This document shows, in pieces, positions 10,252-19,777 of a stretch of DNA of 64,000 nt (position 1 is its first letter; the number at the start of each line of letters is the position of its first letter). This stretch comes from Candidatus Woesebacteria bacterium UBA1430. Its GTDB lineage: Bacteria > Patescibacteriota > Microgenomatia > UBA8517. The translations under genes were made by a program, and so were the position numbers. Location: contig DCTW01000007.1 in the NCBI GenBank assembly GCA_002329465.1, forward strand, positions 3 through 64,002, read 5' to 3'. The notes beneath the pieces were generated by a model. It saw only the letters and a list, made by a program, of their open reading frames with translations, was not told the DNA's origin and searched no databases.

Positions 10252-11241
10252 ATGGAGAACAATCTGAACCTTCTGTCGATAGGAGACGCTTCTTTGGATG
10301 TTTTTATTACACCAACGGAAACGGAAACCTACTGCAAAATCGACGATAAAGAATGCTTAATTTGTTTTAGCTATGGCGATAAAATCCCCGCCAAAGATTT
10401 GGAATTTAGTATAGGCGGAAATGCGGCAAATAACGCAGTGGGAGCAAGAAGGTTGGGCATCAATTCTTCCGCTATTATCACGCTCGGAAGCGACGATATA
10501 GGAAATCAAATAATCGAAAAACTCAAAAAAGAAAACGTAGATACGCGCTTTGTATTTCAAAAAGAAGGAATTCAATCAAATTATTCAACAATCATAAATT
10601 ACCTAGGCGAGCGCACAATCTTTACTTTTAAAGATGATTTTGACTACTCCTTGCCGGAACTACCCCACGTCGCCTGGGTTTATTTAACCTCAATGGGAAA
10701 TTCCTTCCGCCCGGCATATGCTCAAATCGCAAGTTTTATTAGGGAAAATCCCGATATCAAGTTAGCATTTAACCCGGGATCAAGGCAGCTCAGAGCAGTT
10801 AAAGATTTGGATGAAATTTTGTCGCTCAGCCACATTATATATATAAATAGAAAAGAGGCGGAAATAATTACAAATTTCGAAGATTCTCACGGCCGGGAAA
10901 AAGACTTGCTCCAATCCGTTGTAGAAAAAGGTCCCAAAACAGCCATTATTACAGACGGCGGAAACGGCTCTTTTGCTTTTGACGGATCGTCTTTCTTTAA
11001 AGCACAAGTCATGCCGATAGATGCATATGAAAGAACTGGAGCAGGGGATAGCTTTGGAGCCGGTTGTCTAGCAGCATTGATTAAAGGAAAACCACTAAGC
11101 GATGCGCTTTTGTGGGGTACGCTTAATTCTGCATCTGTCATTGGTTTCGTCGGTTCTCAAAAAGGTCTCTTAAGAGAAAACGAAATGCCCAAGTGGATAG
11201 AAAGAGCAAAATCGTGTAATCTTAAAGTTGAGCAATTTTAA
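10252..11241 (+). CDS. PfkB-family carbohydrate kinase
   Basis: GGNAANNA (GG switch) and C-terminal TGAGDSFGAG anion-hole motif. Confidence 0.8.
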   Translation: MENNLNLLSIGDASLDVFITPTETETYCKIDDKECLICFSYGDKIPAKDLEFSIGGNAANNAVGARRLGINSSAIITLGSDDIGNQIIEKLKKENVDTRFVFQKEGIQSNYSTIINYLGERTIFTFKDDFDYSLPELPHVAWVYLTSMGNSFRPAYAQIASFIRENPDIKLAFNPGSRQLRAVKDLDEILSLSHIIYINRKEAEIITNFEDSHGREKDLLQSVVEKGPKTAIITDGGNGSFAFDGSSFFKAQVMPIDAYERTGAGDSFGAGCLAALIKGKPLSDALLWGTLNSASVIGFVGSQKGLLRENEMPKWIERAKSCNLKVEQF

Positions 11242-11254
11242 GCTCTTTTAAGTT

Positions 11255-12241
11255 ATGAAAATTTTTGTATCTAGAAAAATACCGGGAAATTCGCTTGACC
11301 CTCTTTTAAACTCCGAACACGAGGTTTTGGTATCGGAGTTTGACCGTCCGCTTAGTGCTGAGGAATTTTTAGAAAGAGCAAAAGGATCAGATGCAATAAT
11401 TACGCTGCTTACAGACAAGATTGATAAAGATGTAATCGACGCAATCGGTCCGCAGTTAAAAATAATAAGCAACTACGCAGTCGGCTTTGACAATATAAGT
11501 TTAGACGATGCGACAGAAAAGGGTGTGGTTGTAACAAACACCCCATCAGACGAAGTAAACGAAGCTGTAGCAGAGCATACCTGGGCGCTTATTCTTTCTT
11601 TGGCGCGAAGGATTGTCGAAGCCGATGAATCAACAAGAAGAGGCTCCTACAGAGGTTGGGAGCCCGGAATTTTTTTGGGATCAAGTTTGGTTGGAAAGAC
11701 GCTGGGTATAGTAGGCCTTGGAAGAATAGGCCTAATGGTGGCCCGACGAGCAAAAGGCTTTAATATGCATGTTCTTTATAACAAACGAAGCCGGGACGAA
11801 AAAGCCGAAAACGAATACGCCGTTGAATTTAAAGATCTGGACTCTCTTTTGGCGGAATCAGACGTTGTAAGCCTTCATGTTCCTTTAACGGATGAAACCC
11901 GTCACATGATGAACAAAAACACGTTTTATAAAATGAAAAAAGGCGCAATTCTTGTAAATACGGCACGCGGACCAATCATTCATGAAAGAGAATTAGTAGA
12001 GGCAATAAGACAAGGTCAAATTGGAGCAGCAGGGCTTGATGTTTTTGACAACGAGCCAAACATCAACCCAGAGCTGATAGCCATGGAGAACGTAATACTA
12101 ACGCCGCATATTGCATCAGCTACCAGGGAAGCCAGAAATAAAATGGGAGCTCAAGCGCTGCAGGCGGTTTTTGACTTATTTGAAGGCAAAAAGCCCGAAA
12201 ATTTAGTAAACGAAATGGTTTGGGAAAAACGCCGTACTTAA
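11255..12241 (+). CDS. D-isomer-specific 2-hydroxyacid dehydrogenase (glyoxylate/hydroxypyruvate reductase-like)
   Basis: GIVGLGRIG NAD loop, NTARG and LTPHIASAT catalytic-His block. Confidence 0.85.
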   Translation: MKIFVSRKIPGNSLDPLLNSEHEVLVSEFDRPLSAEEFLERAKGSDAIITLLTDKIDKDVIDAIGPQLKIISNYAVGFDNISLDDATEKGVVVTNTPSDEVNEAVAEHTWALILSLARRIVEADESTRRGSYRGWEPGIFLGSSLVGKTLGIVGLGRIGLMVARRAKGFNMHVLYNKRSRDEKAENEYAVEFKDLDSLLAESDVVSLHVPLTDETRHMMNKNTFYKMKKGAILVNTARGPIIHERELVEAIRQGQIGAAGLDVFDNEPNINPELIAMENVILTPHIASATREARNKMGAQALQAVFDLFEGKKPENLVNEMVWEKRRT

Positions 12242-12269
12242 AATTAATTCACTTCTTAAAATAGCTTTT

Positions 12270-13283
12270 ATGAAAATAATCAAAAAAGAAGAAGACGTAT
12301 CCAAAAAAGAAAGCGCTTCCCCAAAAAAGAAAAAGCAAAAAAAGAACCCCTGGGGGAAAAAAGAAAGATTTGTTATTATCGGAATACTTTTTCTAACAGC
12401 GTTTTCATCGGCTATTTTGGCAGTATCGGCAAGAAGCTGGAAACTACCCGGATTTCCAAAACTCAAAGCACCGTCGTTTGAACTTGAAAAAACCTACGTC
12501 TATGAAAAAGATATAATCAAAAAATCAGATGAAAATATCGAAAAAATTAAAGAAATCTTTAAAAAAGAAACAAGCAACCTCTCTGGAGTATATGCCTTTG
12601 AGGTGGTACTTCTTGATACAAACGTTGTTTTTGGTGTAAACGAACAAACAAAACTCCAAGCAGCCTCGCTAATTAAGTTACCCGTTATGGCTCTTTTATA
12701 TGAAAAAGCGCAAGCCGGTAGCCTGGATTTGGATAATACTTACACGCTTAAAAATTCAGATAAAAAAGCAGGATCCGGAAGCCTATATTCTAAGCCTGAA
12801 GGAACAAAAATAACATATAGGAATTTAGCTCAATTAATGGGTAAAGAATCCGACAACACGGCATTTGCTATAGCGGTAGATATCCTTGGCGAAGAAGAAA
12901 TAGAAAGCTTTATAAAAAGAGTCGGTATGTATGAGACTAGTCTAAGTGAAAATACCACAACCTCCTATGATATCGGCATTTTTTTTAAAAAGCTCTGGAG
13001 CGGGGATATTGTGAATCATCAATATAAGGAAGAATTATTAAATTCTCTAACAGATACAATCTACGAAGACTATTTGCCAAAAGGTATTTCTGAAGAAATT
13101 GATGTTTCCCACAAATACGGCCGGGAATTCCATGTGTTAAACGATGCCGGAATCGTCAGAAGTGAGCCCCCATTTGTTTTGGTTTTAATGAGCGAAGGAA
13201 TCATTGAATCCGAAGCTGAAAAAATCTTCCCAATATTATCAAGAAAGCTTTATCAAGAAATTTTATCCCTTTATAAAATTTGA
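12270..13283 (+). CDS. membrane-anchored class A beta-lactamase-like serine hydrolase
   Basis: Basic N-terminal tail plus TM helix. SLIK (SxxK), SDN and a KYG (KTG-like) motif. Confidence 0.7.
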   Translation: MKIIKKEEDVSKKESASPKKKKQKKNPWGKKERFVIIGILFLTAFSSAILAVSARSWKLPGFPKLKAPSFELEKTYVYEKDIIKKSDENIEKIKEIFKKETSNLSGVYAFEVVLLDTNVVFGVNEQTKLQAASLIKLPVMALLYEKAQAGSLDLDNTYTLKNSDKKAGSGSLYSKPEGTKITYRNLAQLMGKESDNTAFAIAVDILGEEEIESFIKRVGMYETSLSENTTTSYDIGIFFKKLWSGDIVNHQYKEELLNSLTDTIYEDYLPKGISEEIDVSHKYGREFHVLNDAGIVRSEPPFVLVLMSEGIIESEAEKIFPILSRKLYQEILSLYKI

Positions 13284-15457
13284 GGTCCATTTTCACCCTC
13301 TTTTTTTTCAATAAAAAAGGTTGGGCTGCAGTGTTTGGTTGGTTTGTTCTCTTGCAAAAACCATTCTGAAATAGTAGGACATCCGGCACACGGCAAAGTC
13401 CCTAGGGTTTTACATATCTCAAGCCGCACAAGCCCGTTTGGTACCCTCCAATCCACACTTTCCCTGCCGGAGAGCAGATGAGTCATAATTTTATTCCATA
13501 TCGGTGAAGCGCCGGTTACACCCGAAGCAACACTGCTCATTGGAGAGTTGTCGTTATTTCCCACCCAGGTAGCCACAAGGTAGTCTTGATTAAATCCAAT
13601 AGCGAGATTGTCTCTCAGATTATTGCTGGTTCCGGTTTTTACGGCCACTTCAGGATGATTTGGTATTACAAGCATGCTGTTTATCCCAAAAGCAGGAGCT
13701 CTTGCAGAGTTATCTCGTAAGATATCAATAAGCATAAACGCAATTCTTTCGTCAAGCACTTTAATAAAACCGCATTTCTCCTCCGAGCCCTCCTTTGCGC
13801 TAACTTCTGCAAGAAATTGTTTGCAGCCTTTAGAATATATAATTTTTCCCTCGGCATCATATATTTTCTCTATGGAGCTTAAACTTGGGCGCATTCCATA
13901 ATTTGCAACCGTTGCGTAAGCAGTCGCAAGTTCGATAATTCGCACATCACCACCGCCCAAAGTTAAAGATAATCCATAGTCCGATGCATCTTTCCAAGTT
14001 GAAATCCCCATTTTTTTTCCCAGCTCCACCATTTTATCAACGCCGTATGAAGCAAGCGTTCTTACGGCCGGCACATTCCTTGACTCAGCAAAAGCACTTC
14101 TTAAACTAATATTCCCCCGGAATTTTCCGTCATAATTTTTAGGAGAATAAGGGTCGGTCCCTGCAACATGGAAAGTTATTGGTGAATCTTTTAACAAAGA
14201 AGCGGGAGTATATCCGTTTTCAAGAGCATACGCATAATTTATAAGTTTTATCGAACTGCCCGGTTGCCTAAGCCTTAAAAGTACGTTTACGTTTCCATCC
14301 ATTTCTGTATCAAAGTAATCCTTAGACCCGACCATCGCCAAAATGTCACCGTTTTTGGGATTAAGAACAATAGCAGCCCCATTTGATACGTTTAAGTGTC
14401 GTATCGATTCTACTTCATTTTTTACTATTTCCTCTATCCTTTTTTGGAGCTTATAGTCAAGCGTTGTTACGATTTTAAGTCCGCCCTTAAGAACCATCGA
14501 TTCGCCATATTTGTTAACCAGTTGATCTTTTACATACATAACAAAATGAGGTGCTTTTATCTCGGTTTTGTTTTTTGAAAATACAATTTTTTCCCCCTTA
14601 GCCTTTTCTGCCTCCTCAAAAGCAATAAATTCGTTCGAAACCATAAGGTCAATCACTTCGTTTTGCCTTTGAATCGAAAGCTCGGGATTATTTCCAAAAG
14701 GGGAAAGCAGCGTAGGGCTTTTGGGCAATCCCGCCAAAAGCGCCGCCTCTGAAAGCGTAAGCTCGGAAACGTCCTTATCAAAATAAACTCTTGACGCTTC
14801 TTTAATCCCGTAAATACTGCCTCCATATGGAACCTCGTTTAGATACATTTCCAAAATTTCATCTTTTGAATATTTTCTCTCGACATCTATGGCAAGCAAA
14901 ATCTCTCGCACCTTTCTTTTTAAGGTTTTCTCTGGTGTAAGCAAGGCATTCTTTACAAGCTGCTGTGTAATAGTCGAGCCACCCGTAACCTTTCCTTCAT
15001 CTAGATAAATACCCAAAGCACGGGTTATACCCTTTACAGAAAAACCGCGGTGCGAATAAAAATTAGCATCCTCGGCAGCTAGAGTTGCAAGTTTTACGTT
15101 AAGCGGTATTTCGGTTAGCTTTACCCTGCTTCTGTTTTTATCTTTATACATTTGATATAAAAGCACGCCATTTCTGTCGTAAATTTTGGTCGAGAGTTCA
15201 ACATCCCGTTGTGTAAGATCCTCGGCCCTTGGAAGATTGTGAAACAAAAAAGCCCACAAACCAAAAAAAACAAATACCAAAGAAAAATACAAAAAAGTTA
15301 TCAAAAAAAGCAGTCTTTGAATGCCGCAAGACAAGATTACCCTCGGTAAAATAAAAAACGCCGAAAAAATTTTTTGCAACAGAAACAAAGCCAAATAAAT
15401 TGTTTTATAAACAGGTTTTCCAATAAAGACAAGGATGTGCGCTGGTTTTGAAGTCAT
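13271..15457 (-). CDS. PBP1A-family bifunctional transglycosylase/transpeptidase
   Basis: GT51 motifs EDANFYSHRGF, GGSTITQQ and RKVRE. Transpeptidase motifs SSIK, SRN and KTGT. Confidence 0.9.
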   Translation of the reverse strand: MTSKPAHILVFIGKPVYKTIYLALFLLQKIFSAFFILPRVILSCGIQRLLFLITFLYFSLVFVFFGLWAFLFHNLPRAEDLTQRDVELSTKIYDRNGVLLYQMYKDKNRSRVKLTEIPLNVKLATLAAEDANFYSHRGFSVKGITRALGIYLDEGKVTGGSTITQQLVKNALLTPEKTLKRKVREILLAIDVERKYSKDEILEMYLNEVPYGGSIYGIKEASRVYFDKDVSELTLSEAALLAGLPKSPTLLSPFGNNPELSIQRQNEVIDLMVSNEFIAFEEAEKAKGEKIVFSKNKTEIKAPHFVMYVKDQLVNKYGESMVLKGGLKIVTTLDYKLQKRIEEIVKNEVESIRHLNVSNGAAIVLNPKNGDILAMVGSKDYFDTEMDGNVNVLLRLRQPGSSIKLINYAYALENGYTPASLLKDSPITFHVAGTDPYSPKNYDGKFRGNISLRSAFAESRNVPAVRTLASYGVDKMVELGKKMGISTWKDASDYGLSLTLGGGDVRIIELATAYATVANYGMRPSLSSIEKIYDAEGKIIYSKGCKQFLAEVSAKEGSEEKCGFIKVLDERIAFMLIDILRDNSARAPAFGINSMLVIPNHPEVAVKTGTSNNLRDNLAIGFNQDYLVATWVGNNDNSPMSSVASGVTGASPIWNKIMTHLLSGRESVDWRVPNGLVRLEICKTLGTLPCAGCPTISEWFLQENKPTKHCSPTFFIEKKEGENGPQIL

Positions 15458-15548
15458 ACCCTATATTATATCAATCACGACAGCTATTTTGGAGTAGGAA
15501 TTTAAACGAATTGAACACAAAAATATGTCTATAGTTGTAGAATATGGA

Positions 15549-17783
15549 CTACTTTAGCGGATAACTAACATTTACGCGATTCATCGGAAAAGGGCACGTC
15601 AGACATATCATCGTGCCAAGAGGATCATGTATTACCAAATGATTTTGCATTTCAATATTTTCAGGCGGAGTATCGGAAGAAGCAAGCGTTTGATTTATTC
15701 TATCTACTTGAACATCCTGTCTAGTAGCCAGATTTTTCGTTGGCAAATTATCTTCAAGAAAATATTCAAATCTTTTTGGACAATCAGCAGATTCGTTTTC
15801 GGGCAATCCGCCGCTATCGGCACACACGCTAAGCCCGACAACTTCATTTGGCTTTGTCGGCCAACCGTGCCCTTTATCCGAAGAATTATAAAATCCTTCT
15901 TCTGCTTTATCCAATACCTCTTTCATTATTCTGTTCCAAATAGGAGAGGCTCCGGATACGCCCGAAACAGCACCGCTCATAGATGTATAGTCGTTGTTTC
16001 CCACCCAGGTTAAAACCAAAGCGTGTGATGTGTATCCGACAGTCCAGTTGTCTCGAAGATCGTTAGTTGTCCCCGTTTTTACCGAAACCTCGGGATGGCC
16101 GCTTACATTAAGATACGAAGAAGCGCCAAAAGCAAAAGAACGGGCATTGTTATCATGAAGGATATGGGAAATTATAAATGCAACACCAGAATTAAGAACC
16201 CGCACGCCCTCGGGCTCGTCTCTATCATATTCAAAAAGTACTTTTCCTTTCCAATCCTCAACTTTAAGGATAGAAACAAGATCTTGTTTTATGCCTTGGT
16301 TTGCGAGCACTCCAAATGCAACGGCCATGTCATAAGGCATCACCTCTCCTCCGCCTAAGGTTAGAGACAGCCCATAATTTTCTGGATCTTTAAAAGTGGT
16401 TATGCCCATCTGTGTCGCAAAATCAATAAAATTCTCTAAACCGTTAAGCGCAAGCACCCTGACGGCAGGAATGTTATAGGAATTTCCAAGCGCGAATCTT
16501 GCTTGTGTAGCACCGTGAAATTGCCCGTCATAATTTGAAGGACAATAAGGTTTCTGTCCTGCCACTAAAAAACAAGTAGGAACATCTGCAAGCGGCGTGC
16601 TGGCAGTTATCTTACCGTCTCGTATGGCCAGTGCATAATTTAAGGGTTTTATCGAACTTCCGGGTTGTCTTTTTGCGAAAATAATATTTACCTTGCCGTC
16701 TTCATCCTCCGCGTTATAATTTTTTGAGCCAACCATAGCAAGTATTTCACCGCTTTTGGGTCTTGTTACCAATGCGGCTCCATTACCGACATCTTGATTT
16801 TTGAGTTTTTCAACCTCATCGAGCACGATCTCCTGTGCATACTCTTGTAGCTCAAGATCAAGAGTGGTTGTTACACGAAGCCCCCCCTTCTCGACAACGT
16901 TGTCGCCATATTCTTTTGCCAGTACTTCTTTAACCCAAAGCGCAAAATGCGCAGCCTTAAGATCTTTCGCTTCAGCATACTTAAGCTCCTCACCAAGAGC
17001 TTGTTCCGCTTCTTCCTCAGTAATATATTTATCTTCTACCATCCTTTTCAAAACAAGAGCTTGTCGCTCTTTTGCATATTCGGGATGGGCTCCAAAAGGA
17101 GAGTAAAGAGTTGGTGCCGCAGTTAGTCCTGCTAAAAGCGAAGACTCAGCCAAGGTCAAATCGTCTGCATTTTTGCCGAAATAAAGCTCGGATGCAGACC
17201 CGATACCGTAAGCCGTTGATCCATAAGGGATCTGGTTTAAATACATCTCCAATATCTTATCTTTAGGATATCTAAGCTCAACGAGTACGGCCAAAACAAA
17301 CTCACGGACCTTTCGCTTAATTGTTCGCTCTGGCGTTAGAAGAGAATTTTTTACCAGCTGTTGCGTAAGAGTGGACCCGCCCTCAAGCTTCTTCCTAAAA
17401 ATAGTTTTGTACAAAGCCCTGCTCATCCCGCTAATCGAAAACCCGGGGTGTTTATAAAAGTCTTTGTCCTCAATGGCTATCGTGGCCTTTTTAACATGAT
17501 CGGGAATTCTCTCAAGAGGTATTGGATTTCTTCTTTGATCGGTATATATTTCATAAATTAATTTCCCTTTTCTGTCATAAAGCTTAGTGGAAATAGCTTG
17601 GTCCTTAGAAATATCACCGGGGAAGGGTATTCCCCAAAAAAACCACAAACCGACAATAAAAAAAATAAAAGTTACCCCTGCAATAACTTTTTTCTTTTTT
17701 GTAAGACTAATTTTTAACAAGCGTTTGTTTTTCTCAAACTGTTTGCCTTGACGCTTTTTGCGCTTCGGATCGGATTTTGTCAT
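15549..17783 (-). CDS. PBP1A-family bifunctional transglycosylase/transpeptidase (paralog)
   Basis: EDKDFYKHPGF, GGSTLTQQ, SSIK and KTGT. ATG at 17783; the track start at 17801 is TTG. Confidence 0.9.
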   Translation of the reverse strand: MTKSDPKRKKRQGKQFEKNKRLLKISLTKKKKVIAGVTFIFFIVGLWFFWGIPFPGDISKDQAISTKLYDRKGKLIYEIYTDQRRNPIPLERIPDHVKKATIAIEDKDFYKHPGFSISGMSRALYKTIFRKKLEGGSTLTQQLVKNSLLTPERTIKRKVREFVLAVLVELRYPKDKILEMYLNQIPYGSTAYGIGSASELYFGKNADDLTLAESSLLAGLTAAPTLYSPFGAHPEYAKERQALVLKRMVEDKYITEEEAEQALGEELKYAEAKDLKAAHFALWVKEVLAKEYGDNVVEKGGLRVTTTLDLELQEYAQEIVLDEVEKLKNQDVGNGAALVTRPKSGEILAMVGSKNYNAEDEDGKVNIIFAKRQPGSSIKPLNYALAIRDGKITASTPLADVPTCFLVAGQKPYCPSNYDGQFHGATQARFALGNSYNIPAVRVLALNGLENFIDFATQMGITTFKDPENYGLSLTLGGGEVMPYDMAVAFGVLANQGIKQDLVSILKVEDWKGKVLFEYDRDEPEGVRVLNSGVAFIISHILHDNNARSFAFGASSYLNVSGHPEVSVKTGTTNDLRDNWTVGYTSHALVLTWVGNNDYTSMSGAVSGVSGASPIWNRIMKEVLDKAEEGFYNSSDKGHGWPTKPNEVVGLSVCADSGGLPENESADCPKRFEYFLEDNLPTKNLATRQDVQVDRINQTLASSDTPPENIEMQNHLVIHDPLGTMICLTCPFPMNRVNVSYPLK

Positions 17784-17846
17784 GAAGAAATTATACCTCA
17801 AGCTGGTCTATTCGTGTAATAATTGTTAATATATAAGTTAAGTTCA

Positions 17847-18341
17847 ATGAATACACTAACCTCAAAACCCTGGTGGAATTATCTGCAAAACGATATTAAA
17901 GATCTGCTTGGTGAATCCTTTCTCCTTCTTGAAAAATCCAAAACGTGGAGAAAAAAGTTTCATGACTATTCGTTTGTAGTGTTTCCCGCATCCAAAGCCT
18001 ATGAGGGATTTCTGAAAAAATTACTTCTGGACACGGGTCTTATCTCGGAAAAAGATTATTACGGCAAGCATTTTCGCATAGGAAAATCTCTTAATCCGAG
18101 TCTGGATGTTAAGTATCGAGATGAAAGCTGGGTATACGACAGCCTTGCTGATTTTTGCAAAAGCGAAGAGTTGCCAAAAAAATTATGGAAAACATGGAAA
18201 ACGGCAAGGAATTTAGTCTTTCACTGGTTTCCGAACGAGGTAAATGCAATTACACTGCCCGAGGCCGAAGACAGAGTAAGGCTAGTAATAGAATCAATCG
18301 ATTTAGTCTATACGGAATGTGGTGTAAAATTAAATAAATGA
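17847..18341 (+). CDS. hypothetical protein, HEPN-like (R-N-x3-H motif)
   Basis: C-terminal ARNLVFHWF fits the HEPN Rx4H motif. The upstream helix ASKAYEGFLKKLLL resembles HEPN helix 1. Assignment is tentative. Confidence 0.45.
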   Translation: MNTLTSKPWWNYLQNDIKDLLGESFLLLEKSKTWRKKFHDYSFVVFPASKAYEGFLKKLLLDTGLISEKDYYGKHFRIGKSLNPSLDVKYRDESWVYDSLADFCKSEELPKKLWKTWKTARNLVFHWFPNEVNAITLPEAEDRVRLVIESIDLVYTECGVKLNK

Positions 18342-18979
18342 AGCTTGATAAATTCAAACACACAATAGCCCTTTACGCATTCCTGCTTGTTGTTTGGGGT
18401 TTTTATAGGCTTCTTTTCCAATTCCCCGAAGAAATTGAAATTCTAATAATTAAACCGCTTGTTTGGCTCGTACCCACATTCTACTTAGTTAAAAAAGAAA
18501 AAGAAAATATCCAAAGCTTAGGTGTTACTACCAAAAATCTATTTCCGACGCTTTATTTTGCAATTTTTTTGGGCGCGGTTTTTTTAATGGAAGGCTTGTT
18601 TGTTAACTACCTTAAACACGGGGCTTTTTCTTTTGGAGCAAACATAGGCAGCATTCCTGTTCTTGGAGCTGTTTTTCTATCTTTCGCGACAGCTCTCTCA
18701 GAAGAAATTACATTTAGGGGCTTTATATTTACACGCATTTGGCAGAATCTTAAATCCGAGTGGACCGCAAATATTCTCACCAGTGTAGGATGGACGCTAA
18801 TACATCTTCCGATAGCAGTACTCGATTGGAAACTTGGATTGTCAGAACTTCTTACATACTCTTTGTTAGTAATGTTTTTTTCTTTAGGGGCTTCCTTTAT
18901 TTTTGCACGCACAAGAAACGTGTTTGCTTCGGTTTTTCTCCACGTTTTATGGCAGTGGCCGATTATACTATTTAGATAA
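18338..18979 (+). CDS. CPBP-family intramembrane metalloprotease (CAAX protease/Abi family)
   Basis: Multi-TM protein with the SEEITFRGF (EExxxR) motif and a distal FLHVLWQ His motif. ATGA overlap with the upstream ORF. Confidence 0.8.
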   Translation: MKLDKFKHTIALYAFLLVVWGFYRLLFQFPEEIEILIIKPLVWLVPTFYLVKKEKENIQSLGVTTKNLFPTLYFAIFLGAVFLMEGLFVNYLKHGAFSFGANIGSIPVLGAVFLSFATALSEEITFRGFIFTRIWQNLKSEWTANILTSVGWTLIHLPIAVLDWKLGLSELLTYSLLVMFFSLGASFIFARTRNVFASVFLHVLWQWPIILFR

Positions 18980-19022
18980 TTTGACTATTTGCACCATTAT
19001 GATCTATTATGATTAGGCTTTT

Positions 19023-19646
19023 ATGCTTCGGCGTTTAACAATATCATCACCAGTAGTGGTTTTTGCAACGATTATTCTTTTGGCATCTATATTTCGTTCG
19101 GCATCGGTTAAATATTCGTTTCATTTACCTCCTTCAAGCGAGACCATAATTACGGAAAATACTCCAAAAATTGATTATTCTCTTCCCTCGGTTGGAGCAA
19201 TTGGTCCGAAGCATCCGCTTTGGCCGCTTGAGGTAGGTCGGGACAAAATCTGGCTTTCTATAAATAGAGATTATCTCAGAAAGGCAGAAATTGCGCTTCT
19301 GCTTGCTGATAAACGGCTTTCTTCTGCGGACCATTTAATGGGTGAAGGCGATGTAGAATTTAGCATATCCGTAGCGAGAAAATCGGAGATGTACCTTGAA
19401 GAATCCTGCAAATATTTGGAGGAGGCGGAAGAACACGGAACAAATGTGCTCGATTTTACAGAAAAATTATCGCTTGCATCACTTAAACATCGCGAAGTTT
19501 TGGAAACAATGCTTACTCATGCTCCAAAAGACGCAAAACCCATTCTTATACAAATCCTTAATACTCCAAAAGGCGTTTACGAAAAGACAACTCATCTTCT
19601 TAATAAATACCAAAGAAGTCTTCATATAAACCCCTTTAAAAGTTGA
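19023..19646 (+). CDS. membrane-anchored helical hypothetical protein
   Basis: N-terminal TM helix followed by a helical domain. No family assigned with confidence. Confidence 0.5.
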   Translation: MLRRLTISSPVVVFATIILLASIFRSASVKYSFHLPPSSETIITENTPKIDYSLPSVGAIGPKHPLWPLEVGRDKIWLSINRDYLRKAEIALLLADKRLSSADHLMGEGDVEFSISVARKSEMYLEESCKYLEEAEEHGTNVLDFTEKLSLASLKHREVLETMLTHAPKDAKPILIQILNTPKGVYEKTTHLLNKYQRSLHINPFKS

Positions 19647-19700
19647 GTAATTACTGAATTTTTCTCAAATTCTGACACTTTTTGACATATTTATTAATAG

Positions 19701-19727
19701 TTGACATCACACATTTAGTGTTAGAAT
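19701..19727 (+). promoter_or_regulatory. candidate sigma70-type promoter of the nrdR-nrdJ operon
   Basis: TTGACA at 19701-19706 and TGtTAGAAT (extended -10) at 19719-19727. The spacer is short. Overlapped by CAC/GTG inverted repeats. Confidence 0.4.
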
Positions 19728-19777
19728 ATTGTGAATATCACTGGGAATAGTGTTTTTCTATTTCACAAGTGAAACAT

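Noticed and set aside
19700-19760. Canonical tandem NrdR boxes upstream of nrdR
   Set aside because: Several CAC/GTG inverted repeats exist. None has the ACAC-N8-GTGT geometry of the published 16-bp consensus, and only a half-site (TATTGTGA, 19727-19734) fits. They are reported only as candidate divergent operators.
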